A stretch of DNA of 64,000 nt, from the IMG/VR virus record IMGVR_UViG_3300050166_000039, positions 1 through 64,000 of that record. One strand, 5' to 3'. The notes under the pieces are model-generated. The model was given only the letters and a program-made list of their open reading frames with translations. It was not told the origin of the DNA and did not search any database. Made by a program: the position numbers and the translations under genes. This document shows positions 1-9,810 of the stretch, one piece after another. The DNA is from a virus. Numbering within the stretch: position 1 is the first letter of the stretch; the number at the start of each line of letters is the position of its first letter.

Positions 1-798
1 GCAACTGAACACTCAGTTATGTGTGCTGGATCTAAAGAAGATGAGGTTGGAACATTCCGAAACTTGATGGAAACATATCCAACAGGAATTCTTTCAATCG
101 TATCAGATACTTGGGATTTATGGAAAGTTTGTACTGAACATATTGTTACTCTTAAAGAAGAGATTTTAGCAAGAGACGGTAAAGTAGTTATTCGTCCTGA
201 CTCAGGAGACCCTTCCGATATTATTTGTGGAATGAATACGTCAATTCGTAAAGTTTCTGATGAAGAAAAAGAACATCCTTCATATAAAGGTGTTATTGAA
301 TTACTTTGGGACGTATTTGGTGGAACTATAAACGAACAAGGTTACAAAGTTCTTGACCCTCATATCGGAGCTATTTATGGTGACTCAATTACAATCGACC
401 GAGCAAATGAAATCTGCGCTCGATTAGAAGCTAAGGGATTTGCATCTACAAACGTAGTTCTTGGTATTGGTTCATTTACATATCAATATAATACTCGCGA
501 TACTTTCGGATTCGCAATGAAAGCAACGTACGTTGAGGTAAATAAACCTAAATTTGATGGTGATTTTAATCCCGAAGGCCGTGAAATCTTCAAAGACCCA
601 ATCACAGATGATGGTACTAAAAAATCAGCAACGGGTTTATTATGCGTGACTAAGCATAACGAAAACGGATATATGTTAGTTGATAAAGTTTCTTGGACTT
701 CCGAAGGTAACGGAGAACTTCAAACTATTTATAATGATGGTAAATTTGAAAACTATACAACACTTGAAGAAATTCGTAAACGCTTAAAGCAAGCATAA
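1..798 (+). CDS. nadV: Nicotinamide phosphoribosyltransferase (NAMPT/NadV family), 5'-truncated by window edge
   Basis: Frame open from base 1 (ATEHSVMC); motifs SIVSDTWD, VIRPDSGDP, IYGDSIT, TRDTFGFAMKAT, KDPITDDGTKKSA. Confidence 0.92.
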   Translation, partial: ATEHSVMCAGSKEDEVGTFRNLMETYPTGILSIVSDTWDLWKVCTEHIVTLKEEILARDGKVVIRPDSGDPSDIICGMNTSIRKVSDEEKEHPSYKGVIELLWDVFGGTINEQGYKVLDPHIGAIYGDSITIDRANEICARLEAKGFASTNVVLGIGSFTYQYNTRDTFGFAMKATYVEVNKPKFDGDFNPEGREIFKDPITDDGTKKSATGLLCVTKHNENGYMLVDKVSWTSEGNGELQTIYNDGKFENYTTLEEIRKRLKQA

Positions 799-1437
799 AT
801 GAAAGTAATATTTTTAGATATCGATGGTGTTATGAATTCCAGAGCCTTTTATGAACAGAGGCATGAAAGGCGCTGGCGAAAACCAATCACATGGTGGTGG
901 GATTTAAAGAGCCTATTTAGAAAAATACTTGGAATCAAATCCAAAGGAGTTTCTATGGCAGATTACAAAACACCTAGAGATTTTTACACCTTTGATTATC
1001 AATTTAAAAGATTGGCAGAGGAAACTTGTCCTCAAAAGTGGAGATGGTTAAGTAGATGGTGTAATGAAACTGGCACGAAGATTTGTATCTCATCGGTTTG
1101 GAAAAATCATTTTGCCGAGAACGTTTACGTATCAGCGCCTGAACGATGGGAAAAGGCCCTGGTAAGACTTGGCTTCAAGCCCGGAACCTATGTTGGAATT
1201 ACCGGTGAGAGAAGAAGCCTAAGAGGTGAAGAGATTCAAGACTGGTTAGCTGTACATCCTGAGGTTGAAGACTATGCAATCCTAGACGATGATTCAGATA
1301 TGTTGCCTGAACAGTTTGCAAAGTTTCATCATTCAGACCCTTGGTTCGGCCTAACACCGAATCACTTGTATAGAATTGAAAGACAATTTAACAAGTTAAA
1401 CAATTACGAGCATCTTAATATAACCAGAAAAAAATGA
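799..1437 (+). CDS. HAD-family phosphatase (RNA-repair-associated HAD_SAK-like)
   Basis: FLDIDGV motif I, ISSVW, RGEEI..WL, YAILDDDSD. Confidence 0.8.
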   Translation: MKVIFLDIDGVMNSRAFYEQRHERRWRKPITWWWDLKSLFRKILGIKSKGVSMADYKTPRDFYTFDYQFKRLAEETCPQKWRWLSRWCNETGTKICISSVWKNHFAENVYVSAPERWEKALVRLGFKPGTYVGITGERRSLRGEEIQDWLAVHPEVEDYAILDDDSDMLPEQFAKFHHSDPWFGLTPNHLYRIERQFNKLNNYEHLNITRKK

Positions 1438-2030
1438 AAGTAATATTTTTAGACCATGACGGTGTGATTTGTCTCTCTAGCGAATGGGGCACTCGTCACA
1501 AGAAACAGGAGAAAGCACGTAGAAAATTGAGTCAATCAATCATGTCATTGCCAGTTCTGTCTAGATATGATGACTTTAATAAGGAGGCGGTTAAGGTCCT
1601 GAACGAGATTCTGGAAGCGGCTGGAGCTGAGATCGTAGTTAGTTCAGATTGGAAGCGATGGGCAGACGTCGAGGAGATGGGAGAATACTACTTATCACAG
1701 GGCATTATTAAGAAGCCGATTGATTTTACGCCTTACTGTTCAGATTTACAACGTGAGGGTAGGATTCCAGATTACGATAACTTTAAGTGGACTCGCAGTG
1801 AAGACCTAGAACAAGAGAGACATTTTGAAATCTTGGACTGGTTAAGCAGACATCCGGAGGTGACTCATTGGGTTGCGATTGATGATTTGCACATGGGAAT
1901 TCATGTTGCTAATAGTAGTTACGGTCCCTTTGATAGAGAGTGGGGTCTTCAAAATTTTGTCTGGACACCTCAAAGCGATGAAGGCATTAAGCAGTCAGGT
2001 ATTAAAGAAAAAATATTGAAATTTTTTTAA
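1434..2030 (+). CDS. HAD-family phosphatase (HAD_SAK-like), paralog of preceding gene
   Basis: FLDHDGV, VVSSDW, WVAIDD. Confidence 0.8.
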   Translation: MKVIFLDHDGVICLSSEWGTRHKKQEKARRKLSQSIMSLPVLSRYDDFNKEAVKVLNEILEAAGAEIVVSSDWKRWADVEEMGEYYLSQGIIKKPIDFTPYCSDLQREGRIPDYDNFKWTRSEDLEQERHFEILDWLSRHPEVTHWVAIDDLHMGIHVANSSYGPFDREWGLQNFVWTPQSDEGIKQSGIKEKILKFF

Positions 2031-2084
2031 AAATAATTAGCCCGAGATTTTTTAGTCTCGGGTTTTTTAGTTATATTTACCTAT
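2030..2084 (+). promoter_or_regulatory. Class I promoter module, stem-loop variant
   Basis: AAAATAATTAG-CCCGAGA-TTTTTTAG-TCTCGGG-TTTTTTAG-TTATATTTACCTAT; one of about 17 dispersed copies. Confidence 0.8.
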
Positions 2085-2104
2085 AACAATTAAATAAGAA
2101 GACA

Positions 2105-2656
2105 ATGGAAATCGTAATAGGTTCAAAAGTAAAACATATACCAACAGGTAAGATTGTCACAGTGAAATCGAAAACTAAAGTCTTTATTCAAGGAACTATT
2201 CCAGATGAAGAAGTTGATTGGATGGTAGGTAGGTCGGTTAAAGTTCGAATCACCGAATGTGAAACTTACATTGAACCACCAAAAGAAAAATCTGCGTATG
2301 AAATTATGCGTGAACGAAATATGGAAGATGCTAAGAAATTAACACCATCTCCAAAGGAAGTTGGCCAACATATTTTGTGGTTAAAAATGGCGGTGATGGA
2401 CCGCATTGAGCAGATTGAGAATCTAAAAGATGATAAGCTAAAAACTTTTAGGTCTGGAGAAACTTTCGGTTTCACTGAGCCCTATGTTAATCTATTAATG
2501 CACCATGCGTATGAAGCAGGTAAGAACAATGCGACTGACAGTTTAACGCGTCATTTTAATGAATCAACCCGAGATATGAAAACTGCAATGGATTCTATTA
2601 TCAAGGCATTAGATGATAACGGATTTTTACCAGACCATGACAATTATGAGTACTAA
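2105..2656 (+). CDS. Hypothetical protein
   Basis: 183-aa ORF directly after class I promoter. Confidence 0.7.
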   Translation: MEIVIGSKVKHIPTGKIVTVKSKTKVFIQGTIPDEEVDWMVGRSVKVRITECETYIEPPKEKSAYEIMRERNMEDAKKLTPSPKEVGQHILWLKMAVMDRIEQIENLKDDKLKTFRSGETFGFTEPYVNLLMHHAYEAGKNNATDSLTRHFNESTRDMKTAMDSIIKALDDNGFLPDHDNYEY

Positions 2657-3017
2657 GATGAAAATTGATAGAGCCCTAATTCACTCTAAATACGATGGTA
2701 GATGTGCGTATTGTGGCACTGAAATCACAGTCAAACAGATGCAGGTTGACCACATTCAACCACATTGGCATACTGTTACCGAAGAAGAGGCACTTAGATG
2801 TGGCATTAAAAAAGGTTCACATGATGTTGAGAATCTAAATCCAAGTTGTGCAAGATGCAATCGCTGGAAAAGCACTTGGACTCTGGAGCAGTTTAGAAAT
2901 CAGGTGCAAACATCAATTAATCGCTTAACGCGAGATACTCCTAACTTTAACTTAGCCCTAGATTATGGTCTAATAGAGATAAAACCAATCACAGTTAAAT
3001 TCTATTTTGAAAAATGA
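2646..3017 (+). CDS. HNH endonuclease
   Basis: CAYCG..MQVDHIQP..NLNPSCARCNRWK; start moved to ATG 2646. Confidence 0.85.
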   Translation: MSTKMKIDRALIHSKYDGRCAYCGTEITVKQMQVDHIQPHWHTVTEEEALRCGIKKGSHDVENLNPSCARCNRWKSTWTLEQFRNQVQTSINRLTRDTPNFNLALDYGLIEIKPITVKFYFEK

Positions 3018-3403
3018 AAACACCAAAAATTAACACACAAGGACTTGACATCAATCAAGATCTTTTAGAGACTCTTAGAAACTTTAAGCAGGGTCAAATC
3101 TTAGAAAACTCATATCTCAGATTTCAACATTCTGTTCCTCGTGAGATGATGGAATTAGAGTCTAGGCTTGGAGAAGACGTGGCAGACGAATTTATAAAAC
3201 GCGACTGTATGAAAGGATTCGCAGACACTGTATGGAATAAGTATAATGAAGAGATTGAAATCGATAGAAGCCCTGCTGGGAAAGTATATCGCTTAGACTT
3301 GATGGTGATGCACCTAACAGACTTAAAGCATATTGTAGAGTATTGTGTTAGAACCATGCCAGAATCAGCAATTCAAAAAATTAGAAACAATGAAAACAGT
3401 TAA
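3014..3403 (+). CDS. Hypothetical protein
   Basis: ORF overlapping the upstream stop. Confidence 0.65.
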   Translation: MKTPKINTQGLDINQDLLETLRNFKQGQILENSYLRFQHSVPREMMELESRLGEDVADEFIKRDCMKGFADTVWNKYNEEIEIDRSPAGKVYRLDLMVMHLTDLKHIVEYCVRTMPESAIQKIRNNENS

Positions 3404-3656
3404 AATCTTTGCGGTTCTTACCGCCCTATTACTCTCTTCATGTGGTGAACGCAAACCAGACACTGTACGTCATTATAAGTATAATGTCGGTGATGTAGTT
3501 TCATTAAAGCCCGACGGAACTAAAGCAACCGTAATGGCAAGATATAATGTCAGTGATTCTTATGACTATGTCGTAAAGTACTATGTAGCAGACGACGAGA
3601 GATACTCCGAAGATTTAATTAAAGAGTTTGAAATCTTTGGTAAAATAATTCAGTAA
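3390..3656 (+). CDS. Putative lipoprotein
   Basis: MKTVKIFAVLTALLLSSC lipobox signal from ATG 3390. Confidence 0.65.
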   Translation: MKTVKIFAVLTALLLSSCGERKPDTVRHYKYNVGDVVSLKPDGTKATVMARYNVSDSYDYVVKYYVADDERYSEDLIKEFEIFGKIIQ

Positions 3657-3696
3657 ATATTTTTTTTATTCGGGAATTATAGTTAGATTTACCTAT
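3642..3696 (+). promoter_or_regulatory. Class I promoter module, no-hairpin variant
   Basis: AAAATAATTCAGTAAATATTTTTTTTATTCGGGAATTATAGTTAGATTTACCTAT. Confidence 0.8.
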
Positions 3697-3727
3697 CTTA
3701 AATAATCAAACAAAAACAATACTTATC

Positions 3728-3940
3728 ATGGCAAAAAAGAAGCAAGACGACGTAAAATTTGGCAGAATTTCTAAAGAGGAATTTGAGGAATTAATGAAAG
3801 CCTCTGAGAAAGTGCGTCACAATGCAGAACGCTCAATCGAACAAACCGGAGTTGCTAGAGCTGGTTACATCATGATGAAAGGAGTTCCTCATGTTTATCG
3901 CAATGGCGAGTATGTTCCAATGACTAAAGTTGCTAAGTAA
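3728..3940 (+). CDS. Hypothetical protein
   Basis: ORF after class I promoter. Confidence 0.65.
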   Translation: MAKKKQDDVKFGRISKEEFEELMKASEKVRHNAERSIEQTGVARAGYIMMKGVPHVYRNGEYVPMTKVAK

Positions 3941-4299
3941 TGCAGATTGAGATTGAACAAGACCCGCATTATGGTGAAGTGTTCGCCTTATTGCGTCTCT
4001 CCTCTGGAACCTATGTTTGTCCGGGTTGGCACAGGGTTCCAGAGGGCACCACCAGAGAGCAGATAGTAATGCTGCCTATAGTTAATAAGGCCCCAAGCGC
4101 AAGTGTCTTAGAGAAGCCTAAAAAAGCAGCAGCAATCAATAAGAGCTGGAAAGTTGCAGGCTCAAAGCCCGGCACCGTCTACGATGTCACTAATAAGAAC
4201 GGCAAGTGGTCTTGTAGTTGCCCGAGCGCCTCATTTCATAGAGGTGATTGTAAACACGTTAAAAAACTTAAATTAGAAGAGTATGCAGAGCAAGTATAA
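3940..4299 (+). CDS. SWIM zinc-finger protein
   Basis: WSCSCP..RGDCKH. Confidence 0.75.
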   Translation: MQIEIEQDPHYGEVFALLRLSSGTYVCPGWHRVPEGTTREQIVMLPIVNKAPSASVLEKPKKAAAINKSWKVAGSKPGTVYDVTNKNGKWSCSCPSASFHRGDCKHVKKLKLEEYAEQV

Positions 4300-4516
4300 A
4301 AAAATTTTAGTAGCGTTTTGCCTAAGTTTAGCGATTTACTCATTTATAGTTATCCTAACTAAGCCAAAGCCTTACGCTATTCACATTGACGGTCAAACTG
4401 AGTATCGACGTTATGAGTATGATTGTGATTCGGTCATTGGTAATTATGCGTACCGAGACGGTGTCAAGTTAAAGTTGGCCGGTAAAACCGATCACTTTTT
4501 TAATGAGGTTAAATAA
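4283..4516 (+). CDS. Small membrane-anchored protein
   Basis: N-terminal hydrophobic helix. Confidence 0.55.
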   Translation: MQSKYKKILVAFCLSLAIYSFIVILTKPKPYAIHIDGQTEYRRYEYDCDSVIGNYAYRDGVKLKLAGKTDHFFNEVK

Positions 4517-4521
4517 TCTTG

Positions 4522-4576
4522 AAAATAATTCAGTAAATATTTTTTTTATTCGGGAATTATTGTTAGATTTACCTAT
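4522..4576 (+). promoter_or_regulatory. Class I promoter module
   Basis: Near-identical to 3642-3696. Confidence 0.8.
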
Positions 4577-4595
4577 CAAACAATAACAAACAGAT

Positions 4596-4874
4596 ATGAA
4601 CTTTCAAAAATTTAACCGTCATGAAATTTTCAACGCAGAGATGATGAAGTATCACTCTACGACCGTTCGTCAAGTAGAAGATTTCTTAATAGATACAGAG
4701 CAAGACCTGTTTAATGACTTGACTAACTCATTATATGGTATCTGGGACGGTTACTTATATACTGACATATTACAGTCCGCAAAGAAGTATCGTCTTACTC
4801 AAGAGCTTGTTGCTAGGGTTAAAATAACCATCAATTTCATCATGGAGAAGACACATCTTCATGAAACAATTTAA
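4596..4874 (+). CDS. Hypothetical protein
   Basis: ORF after class I promoter. Confidence 0.65.
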   Translation: MNFQKFNRHEIFNAEMMKYHSTTVRQVEDFLIDTEQDLFNDLTNSLYGIWDGYLYTDILQSAKKYRLTQELVARVKITINFIMEKTHLHETI

Positions 4875-4885
4875 TCATTAAGAAG

Positions 4886-5620
4886 ATGCCGAAAATATAC
4901 CGCGTAGGAGGTTGTGTTAGAGACCGCTTAATGGGATTAGAGTCAAAGGACATTGACTTTACCTTTGTGTTAGATGATGAGAGAACCGTAGCAGAGGGCT
5001 TCGAGATCATGACAGATTGGTTAGATGACCATGGCTTCACTATCTTCCTAAGCACACCAGAATGTTTTACAATCCGGGCCAAGTTTCCACAGGGTCATGT
5101 AAATGAAGGCATGGTGGCAGATTTTGTGCTGGCTAGAAAAGAAGTTGGCTACGAAGAAGGAACTCGCCGTCCAATCTTAGAACTTGGCACTCTCGAAGAT
5201 GACTTGATTCGTAGAGACTTTACAGTCAACGCTATCGCCGAGGCCGAGGATGGAACCCTGATCGACCCCTTTGGTGGAGGGCAGGACATTATTGATCGAG
5301 TACTAAGAACCCCGACGGACCCAATGATTACGTTAATGGATGACCCATTGCGTATCTTGCGTGCTTTCAGATTCGCATTGACGAAGAACTTCTTAATGGA
5401 TGAGAAATTACAGGCCGCTATCTCTCAGCGAGAAGCATGGGATAAAATGAAACTAGTAGTTAGTCAGGACCGTATAAGAGATGAACTAACCAAGTGTTTT
5501 CATCACGATACAGTTACTACCTTAGGCATGTTGTTCGTGATTGAAGAAGAGGTGCCAGGAGTGGTGGCCGATGTTTTATTCACAAACGGCTTGTGGCTAC
5601 AACCAACAAACAAAAAGTAA
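4886..5620 (+). CDS. cca: tRNA nucleotidyltransferase (CCA-adding / poly(A) polymerase class II)
   Basis: VGGCVRD, KDIDF, DLIRRDFTVNAIA, DDPLRILRAFRF; most tRNAs here lack encoded CCA. Confidence 0.88.
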   Translation: MPKIYRVGGCVRDRLMGLESKDIDFTFVLDDERTVAEGFEIMTDWLDDHGFTIFLSTPECFTIRAKFPQGHVNEGMVADFVLARKEVGYEEGTRRPILELGTLEDDLIRRDFTVNAIAEAEDGTLIDPFGGGQDIIDRVLRTPTDPMITLMDDPLRILRAFRFALTKNFLMDEKLQAAISQREAWDKMKLVVSQDRIRDELTKCFHHDTVTTLGMLFVIEEEVPGVVADVLFTNGLWLQPTNKK

Positions 5621-5621
5621 A

Positions 5622-6083
5622 ATGGCAAAGATTAAAATTTATTTAGATGATGTTAGAACCCCGGTCGATAAGGATTGGACGGTGGTGAGAAATTTTGAAC
5701 AGTTTGTTAGCACCATTGAGTATATTCAGCTTGAGAACGTTGAGATGATTTCCTTCGATCACGACTTAGGCGATACTGCAATGCAAGAGTATTACACTAA
5801 CGTGCGTCATAATTACAAGATAGATTATGACAATATCTTAGAGAAGACAGGAATGGATTGCGCTAAGTGGCTAGTGGACCACTATTATGATAACTATCAC
5901 ATAGATGAAGAGCTGATTAGTCGAAGCAGCAAGAGGTTGTTAGGTATATTGTTCCCGAAAGTCTATGTACACTCTGCGAACCCGATTGGCAGTGCTAACA
6001 TTATGGGATACTTGAACAACTTCTTTATGAATGAAGGTCAACCCCAAAGTTGCGTTAGGGTTAGAATTGACCATACCGTGTAA
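5622..6083 (+). CDS. Cyclic-phosphate-processing receiver-domain protein
   Basis: IYLDDVR, ISFDHDLG, TGMDCAKWL, VHSANPIG; start ATG 5622. Confidence 0.75.
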   Translation: MAKIKIYLDDVRTPVDKDWTVVRNFEQFVSTIEYIQLENVEMISFDHDLGDTAMQEYYTNVRHNYKIDYDNILEKTGMDCAKWLVDHYYDNYHIDEELISRSSKRLLGILFPKVYVHSANPIGSANIMGYLNNFFMNEGQPQSCVRVRIDHTV

Positions 6084-6099
6084 GTTAAAAAAATTATTG

Positions 6100-6154
6100 A
6101 AAATAAATAGCCCGAGATTTTTTAGTCTCGGGTTTTTTAGTTATATTTACCTAT
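6100..6154 (+). promoter_or_regulatory. Class I promoter module, stem-loop variant
   Basis: Near-identical to 2030-2084. Confidence 0.8.
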
Positions 6155-6167
6155 AACATTAAAGAAG

Positions 6168-6386
6168 ATGATGCTGAAAAAATATCTAAACGAATCAATC
6201 TGCTATTTTACAGGGCATGTGTATGAAAGAACTTTCAACACTAAAAAAGACTGTATAATCAGCGCTCCGATCGTAGCACAAAACTTACAGACCGGTCACA
6301 GAACACAAGCACACCAAAGTTATGATGAGCACAAGTGTTCAAGATGCGGTAAAATTAAAATGCTCGCCGGGGACCCTACGATTTAA
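6168..6386 (+). CDS. Small Cys/His protein (DUF1660-like)
   Basis: C-x3-GH ... CSRCG. Confidence 0.55.
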   Translation: MMLKKYLNESICYFTGHVYERTFNTKKDCIISAPIVAQNLQTGHRTQAHQSYDEHKCSRCGKIKMLAGDPTI

Positions 6387-6419
6387 ACAAATAGATACTA
6401 AAAAAATATTAGTCATACA

Positions 6420-6638
6420 ATGGCATCATTTAAAATCTTCATTAAAGGCGACTCGAAAAAATGTTGGTCTATTCACAAGAAAATCTTTAACTTTCTAGAG
6501 AAAGACATGGTTTTCGGCGAAGTCTCGGCGAACGACGAAGTTATGACAAAGGACGGAATGTTTTTAGACATTGATATACAACCAGATTGGCACGAGTTTC
6601 AATTTATTTCTAAAATTAAAGAGGTCACCGTTTTATAA
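6420..6638 (+). CDS. Hypothetical protein
   Basis: ORF in operon. Confidence 0.6.
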   Translation: MASFKIFIKGDSKKCWSIHKKIFNFLEKDMVFGEVSANDEVMTKDGMFLDIDIQPDWHEFQFISKIKEVTVL

Positions 6639-6645
6639 TTAATAT

Positions 6646-7098
6646 ATGACAAGAATTAATGCAACTATACCTCCTTCGGCTCTTTGTGACCAACATCTTG
6701 TCGCCGAGTATCGAGAGATACTTAGAACTATAGCGCTGGCAACAAAGAAGCCTGTGATTGAAAGCAGGCTGCCTAAGCAGTTCACCTTAGGCACTGGTCA
6801 CGTGCTATTCTTCTATAACAAACTAAAATACATTCACCTTCGCTTTAATGCTCTTAGAGATGAATTAATTAAGCGCAGATTTGAAGTCAATATGGAATAT
6901 GACCCGACTAAAGTAGTAGGGCATGAACACCTATACAATGACTGGGCTGGCACCGATGAAGCGAAGGAATTGGTTATTGACCGAATCTATGAAAGAGCGC
7001 TGACAATGAAAAGAATCACTCACTATGGTATCTCTATCACCGCTGACCAGTATCACTTACGCCTAACTAACTGTATTACACTATGCATGAAATACTAA
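6646..7098 (+). CDS. denV: Pyrimidine-dimer DNA glycosylase (T4 endonuclease V family)
   Basis: MTRIN..LCDQHLVAEYREILR..FTLGTGHVLFFYNKL. Confidence 0.92.
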   Translation: MTRINATIPPSALCDQHLVAEYREILRTIALATKKPVIESRLPKQFTLGTGHVLFFYNKLKYIHLRFNALRDELIKRRFEVNMEYDPTKVVGHEHLYNDWAGTDEAKELVIDRIYERALTMKRITHYGISITADQYHLRLTNCITLCMKY

Positions 7099-7304
7099 TC
7101 TATCTGTGGATTGGGGTAGCCGCTGCCTTCGGAGCCCAGCTAATTCAAATTAAAGCGGCAAAGGTCGATCAGAGAGTAGATGACTTTTCACTCACTGACC
7201 ACATACTAATTGTTGCCCTGTGGCCCATCTTCGTCACTTACGTCTCATGGAGTCTGAGTAAAATAATTATTAATCAGTTTATTGAAACCAAACGCAACAA
7301 GTAG
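7083..7304 (+). CDS. Small membrane protein
   Basis: Two hydrophobic segments. Confidence 0.55.
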   Translation: MHEILIYLWIGVAAAFGAQLIQIKAAKVDQRVDDFSLTDHILIVALWPIFVTYVSWSLSKIIINQFIETKRNK

Positions 7305-7354
7305 AATATAAGGATTGTCTTTCCGGGTTTGAAGGTTTAACTTAAAGAGCACAC

Positions 7355-8188
7355 ATGCCAGAATTAGCAGAATTAAAATTGACGGCCGATTTCATTAATC
7401 ACTCGGCTAAAGGTAAAGTTTTTTATGGTGTAAAGAAGAATCCAACGCATAAATGTCCTGATATTGAAGGTGACTTTAAGATGCCATTTACCATTGAGGC
7501 CCAGAGTCGAGGTAAAGAATTGATGCTAATCATTTCACCAATAATCATAGATGAATGGCTTCAATTTAAGAGCGGTACCCCAGTAACCTTGATGATGACA
7601 ATGGGTATGTCGGGTCATTTTAAATGGGTCAATGACGGTGTCTATGAGAAACACGCACACTTACTGTTCAGAACTGAAGGAGGCTCATTGGCTTTTGTAG
7701 ATGTGAGACGCTTTGGTAAATGGAAATGGGGCTCATGGGGTCCAGATCGTGGCCCTGACCCAACCACCGAGTTTCAAGACTTTATCAGAAACATTGCCAG
7801 TAATTTAGGCCGTAAAGAGTTTGATCGTCCTATCTGTGAGATGTTAATGAATCAAAAATACTTCAATGGTATCGGCAACTATTTAAGGGCTGAAATCTTG
7901 TACAGAGTCAACGTTGACCCATTCATCTCGGCCAGAGAAGCGCTTACAGATCATCCTGAAATTTATCAATTATGCCGTTGGGCGCCGATGCAAGCTTATA
8001 AGTTAGGTGGCGGACAGTTAAGAGACTGGGAGAATCCTTTCGGCTCTTATAAGGAGATGATGGAGAGTTGGGATGAGTTTATCCTGTGTTATGGTAACCC
8101 GATGATGGCGAAGGTGGTGGACAGAAACGGCCGAACTTTCTGGTATGACCCAATGAAACAAAAAGTAAATACAATATATAATACCTAA
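7355..8188 (+). CDS. Fpg/Nei DNA glycosylase, NEIL1-like
   Basis: MPE N-terminus, RGKEL, GMSG, FVDVRRFG, H2TH FNGIGNYLRAEILY, zincless finger DRNGRTFW. Confidence 0.9.
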   Translation: MPELAELKLTADFINHSAKGKVFYGVKKNPTHKCPDIEGDFKMPFTIEAQSRGKELMLIISPIIIDEWLQFKSGTPVTLMMTMGMSGHFKWVNDGVYEKHAHLLFRTEGGSLAFVDVRRFGKWKWGSWGPDRGPDPTTEFQDFIRNIASNLGRKEFDRPICEMLMNQKYFNGIGNYLRAEILYRVNVDPFISAREALTDHPEIYQLCRWAPMQAYKLGGGQLRDWENPFGSYKEMMESWDEFILCYGNPMMAKVVDRNGRTFWYDPMKQKVNTIYNT

Positions 8189-8200
8189 ACTAAATACAAT

Positions 8201-8755
8201 ATGGCATCTAAAAAGACCACAGAAAAAGCAACTATCACAGTTGAAGATTTACAATCATTACGTACTCAATTAGAGCAAGAAGCAGCTGAAAAGCAGGTAG
8301 AGTTATCACAACGTACTTACGAGGTTGATTTCGAATCAGTAGAAAACATCACTCGAGTTCTTAAGCACTTAAATCAAGATGTAACATGGAACATGAAGAA
8401 CGCTGCAGTCCTAATCAACTTAAGCGATTCTTTACATGATGAAAAAAATCGTATTACAGCAGAGCAAAAAGTTAACAAGGAGACTCAGGCTGTAGTAGTG
8501 TTACGTCAAGTTGACATCAACACCCTATATCAATCCTTAACAGCCGTTCAGAGCACAGGCATTGAGTCAGCTCGTTTATATGTTCGCTTATTAACCAACA
8601 TTGGCGCTCAAATTACAACTGCAATGCAAGCAATGGCAACAGCTAACCAGGAGATTCAATCTTTACACGTTGAATTAGCAGAGCTAGACTCTAAGATTGA
8701 TGAAGAGACAACACCTACTGAACTAGTCAACAATGAAACTGTCGAGCAAGTCTAA
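8201..8755 (+). CDS. Coiled-coil hypothetical protein
   Basis: 184-aa helical ORF after class II promoter. Confidence 0.7.
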   Translation: MASKKTTEKATITVEDLQSLRTQLEQEAAEKQVELSQRTYEVDFESVENITRVLKHLNQDVTWNMKNAAVLINLSDSLHDEKNRITAEQKVNKETQAVVVLRQVDINTLYQSLTAVQSTGIESARLYVRLLTNIGAQITTAMQAMATANQEIQSLHVELAELDSKIDEETTPTELVNNETVEQV

Positions 8756-9269
8756 GAGCAGAATTGAATTACTGGACTTTATCACCGAAGGTGTTTCAAC
8801 ACAAGAAGTGTTTAAGACTATTAATTACAAGACACAGTCAGAGGATAAGATCAAGCATTTTATTTACCCACACTTATTGGACGCATTAACAGAATGGGTA
8901 ATGCAGAAGAAAGATTTTAGCCGGGCCTTGGCAAAAGAAAAAGCCAAGGCCATGCTAAAATGGGAAGGTAATGTTAACACTACAATCAATCACATGCAAT
9001 TCATGGGAACTGCAAATAGACCTGATATGATTGTAGAGACGCAAGATCTTAGAATTGCAATTGAGTTTAAGAAAGGTGAAAGAGGCTCGGATCTTCGATC
9101 TGGCTTTGGTCAATGTATGATCTACTCTACATCTTATGATTTTGTGTTGTATATGTTTATTGACACTACACAAGACTCAAAGATTGCAAAGTCAGTTAAT
9201 GGTATAGCTGAACAACAATTTCTAGAGGGTCTCTGGGAAAACTTCAATATCAAATTTGTCATTGTATAA
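8733..9269 (+). CDS. PD-(D/E)xK nuclease-fold protein
   Basis: RPDMIVE..IAIEFKK..GQCMIY. Confidence 0.6.
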   Translation: MKLSSKSKSRIELLDFITEGVSTQEVFKTINYKTQSEDKIKHFIYPHLLDALTEWVMQKKDFSRALAKEKAKAMLKWEGNVNTTINHMQFMGTANRPDMIVETQDLRIAIEFKKGERGSDLRSGFGQCMIYSTSYDFVLYMFIDTTQDSKIAKSVNGIAEQQFLEGLWENFNIKFVIV

Positions 9270-9796
9270 TGAAAATATTCTTCACGGGTAACTTGCAGTT
9301 TGGTCGTCCAAGCGCAATCAAGTATTTTAAGCGTCCATTTCATGACGTTGAACACATGGATCAGACTCTAAGAGCAAACTGGAACCAGGTTGTAGGAGAG
9401 GACGATATAGTGTATGTGTTAGGTAACTTTGCATGGGATCCAACCACTGCCGAGGAGATGTTGACATCTTTAAACGGTACTATTATCATTGTGCCTGGTG
9501 AGATAGATGCACCTCTACTCGAGTTAGAGGATAAGGAGATGATGCCAGAGGGCTGTGCCGTTATCGAACACGTCTTTACGGCCGATGAGGATAATTTAAC
9601 AGTCTCTTATTGGCCATTGATGGAGTGGCCAAACAAATCAACGGGCTCCTACTCCTTCTTTGGCTTTCCAAACGCCAAGTACAAGACCGATCACAAGAAA
9701 AGAATGGTCAACGTTGCATGTGATTTCTGGGGCTATAAGCCACAATCATTAGAGAATATCATGGCCCTGTTCAAGGACATTGAAGATTCAAAATAA
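9269..9796 (+). CDS. Calcineurin-like metallophosphoesterase with degenerate metal ligands
   Basis: Family pattern, but GNLQFG/LGNF/PGEID replace the DxH/GD/GNHD motifs. Confidence 0.65.
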   Translation: MKIFFTGNLQFGRPSAIKYFKRPFHDVEHMDQTLRANWNQVVGEDDIVYVLGNFAWDPTTAEEMLTSLNGTIIIVPGEIDAPLLELEDKEMMPEGCAVIEHVFTADEDNLTVSYWPLMEWPNKSTGSYSFFGFPNAKYKTDHKKRMVNVACDFWGYKPQSLENIMALFKDIEDSK

Positions 9797-9810
9797 TTTT
9801 ATTTTTTTGT

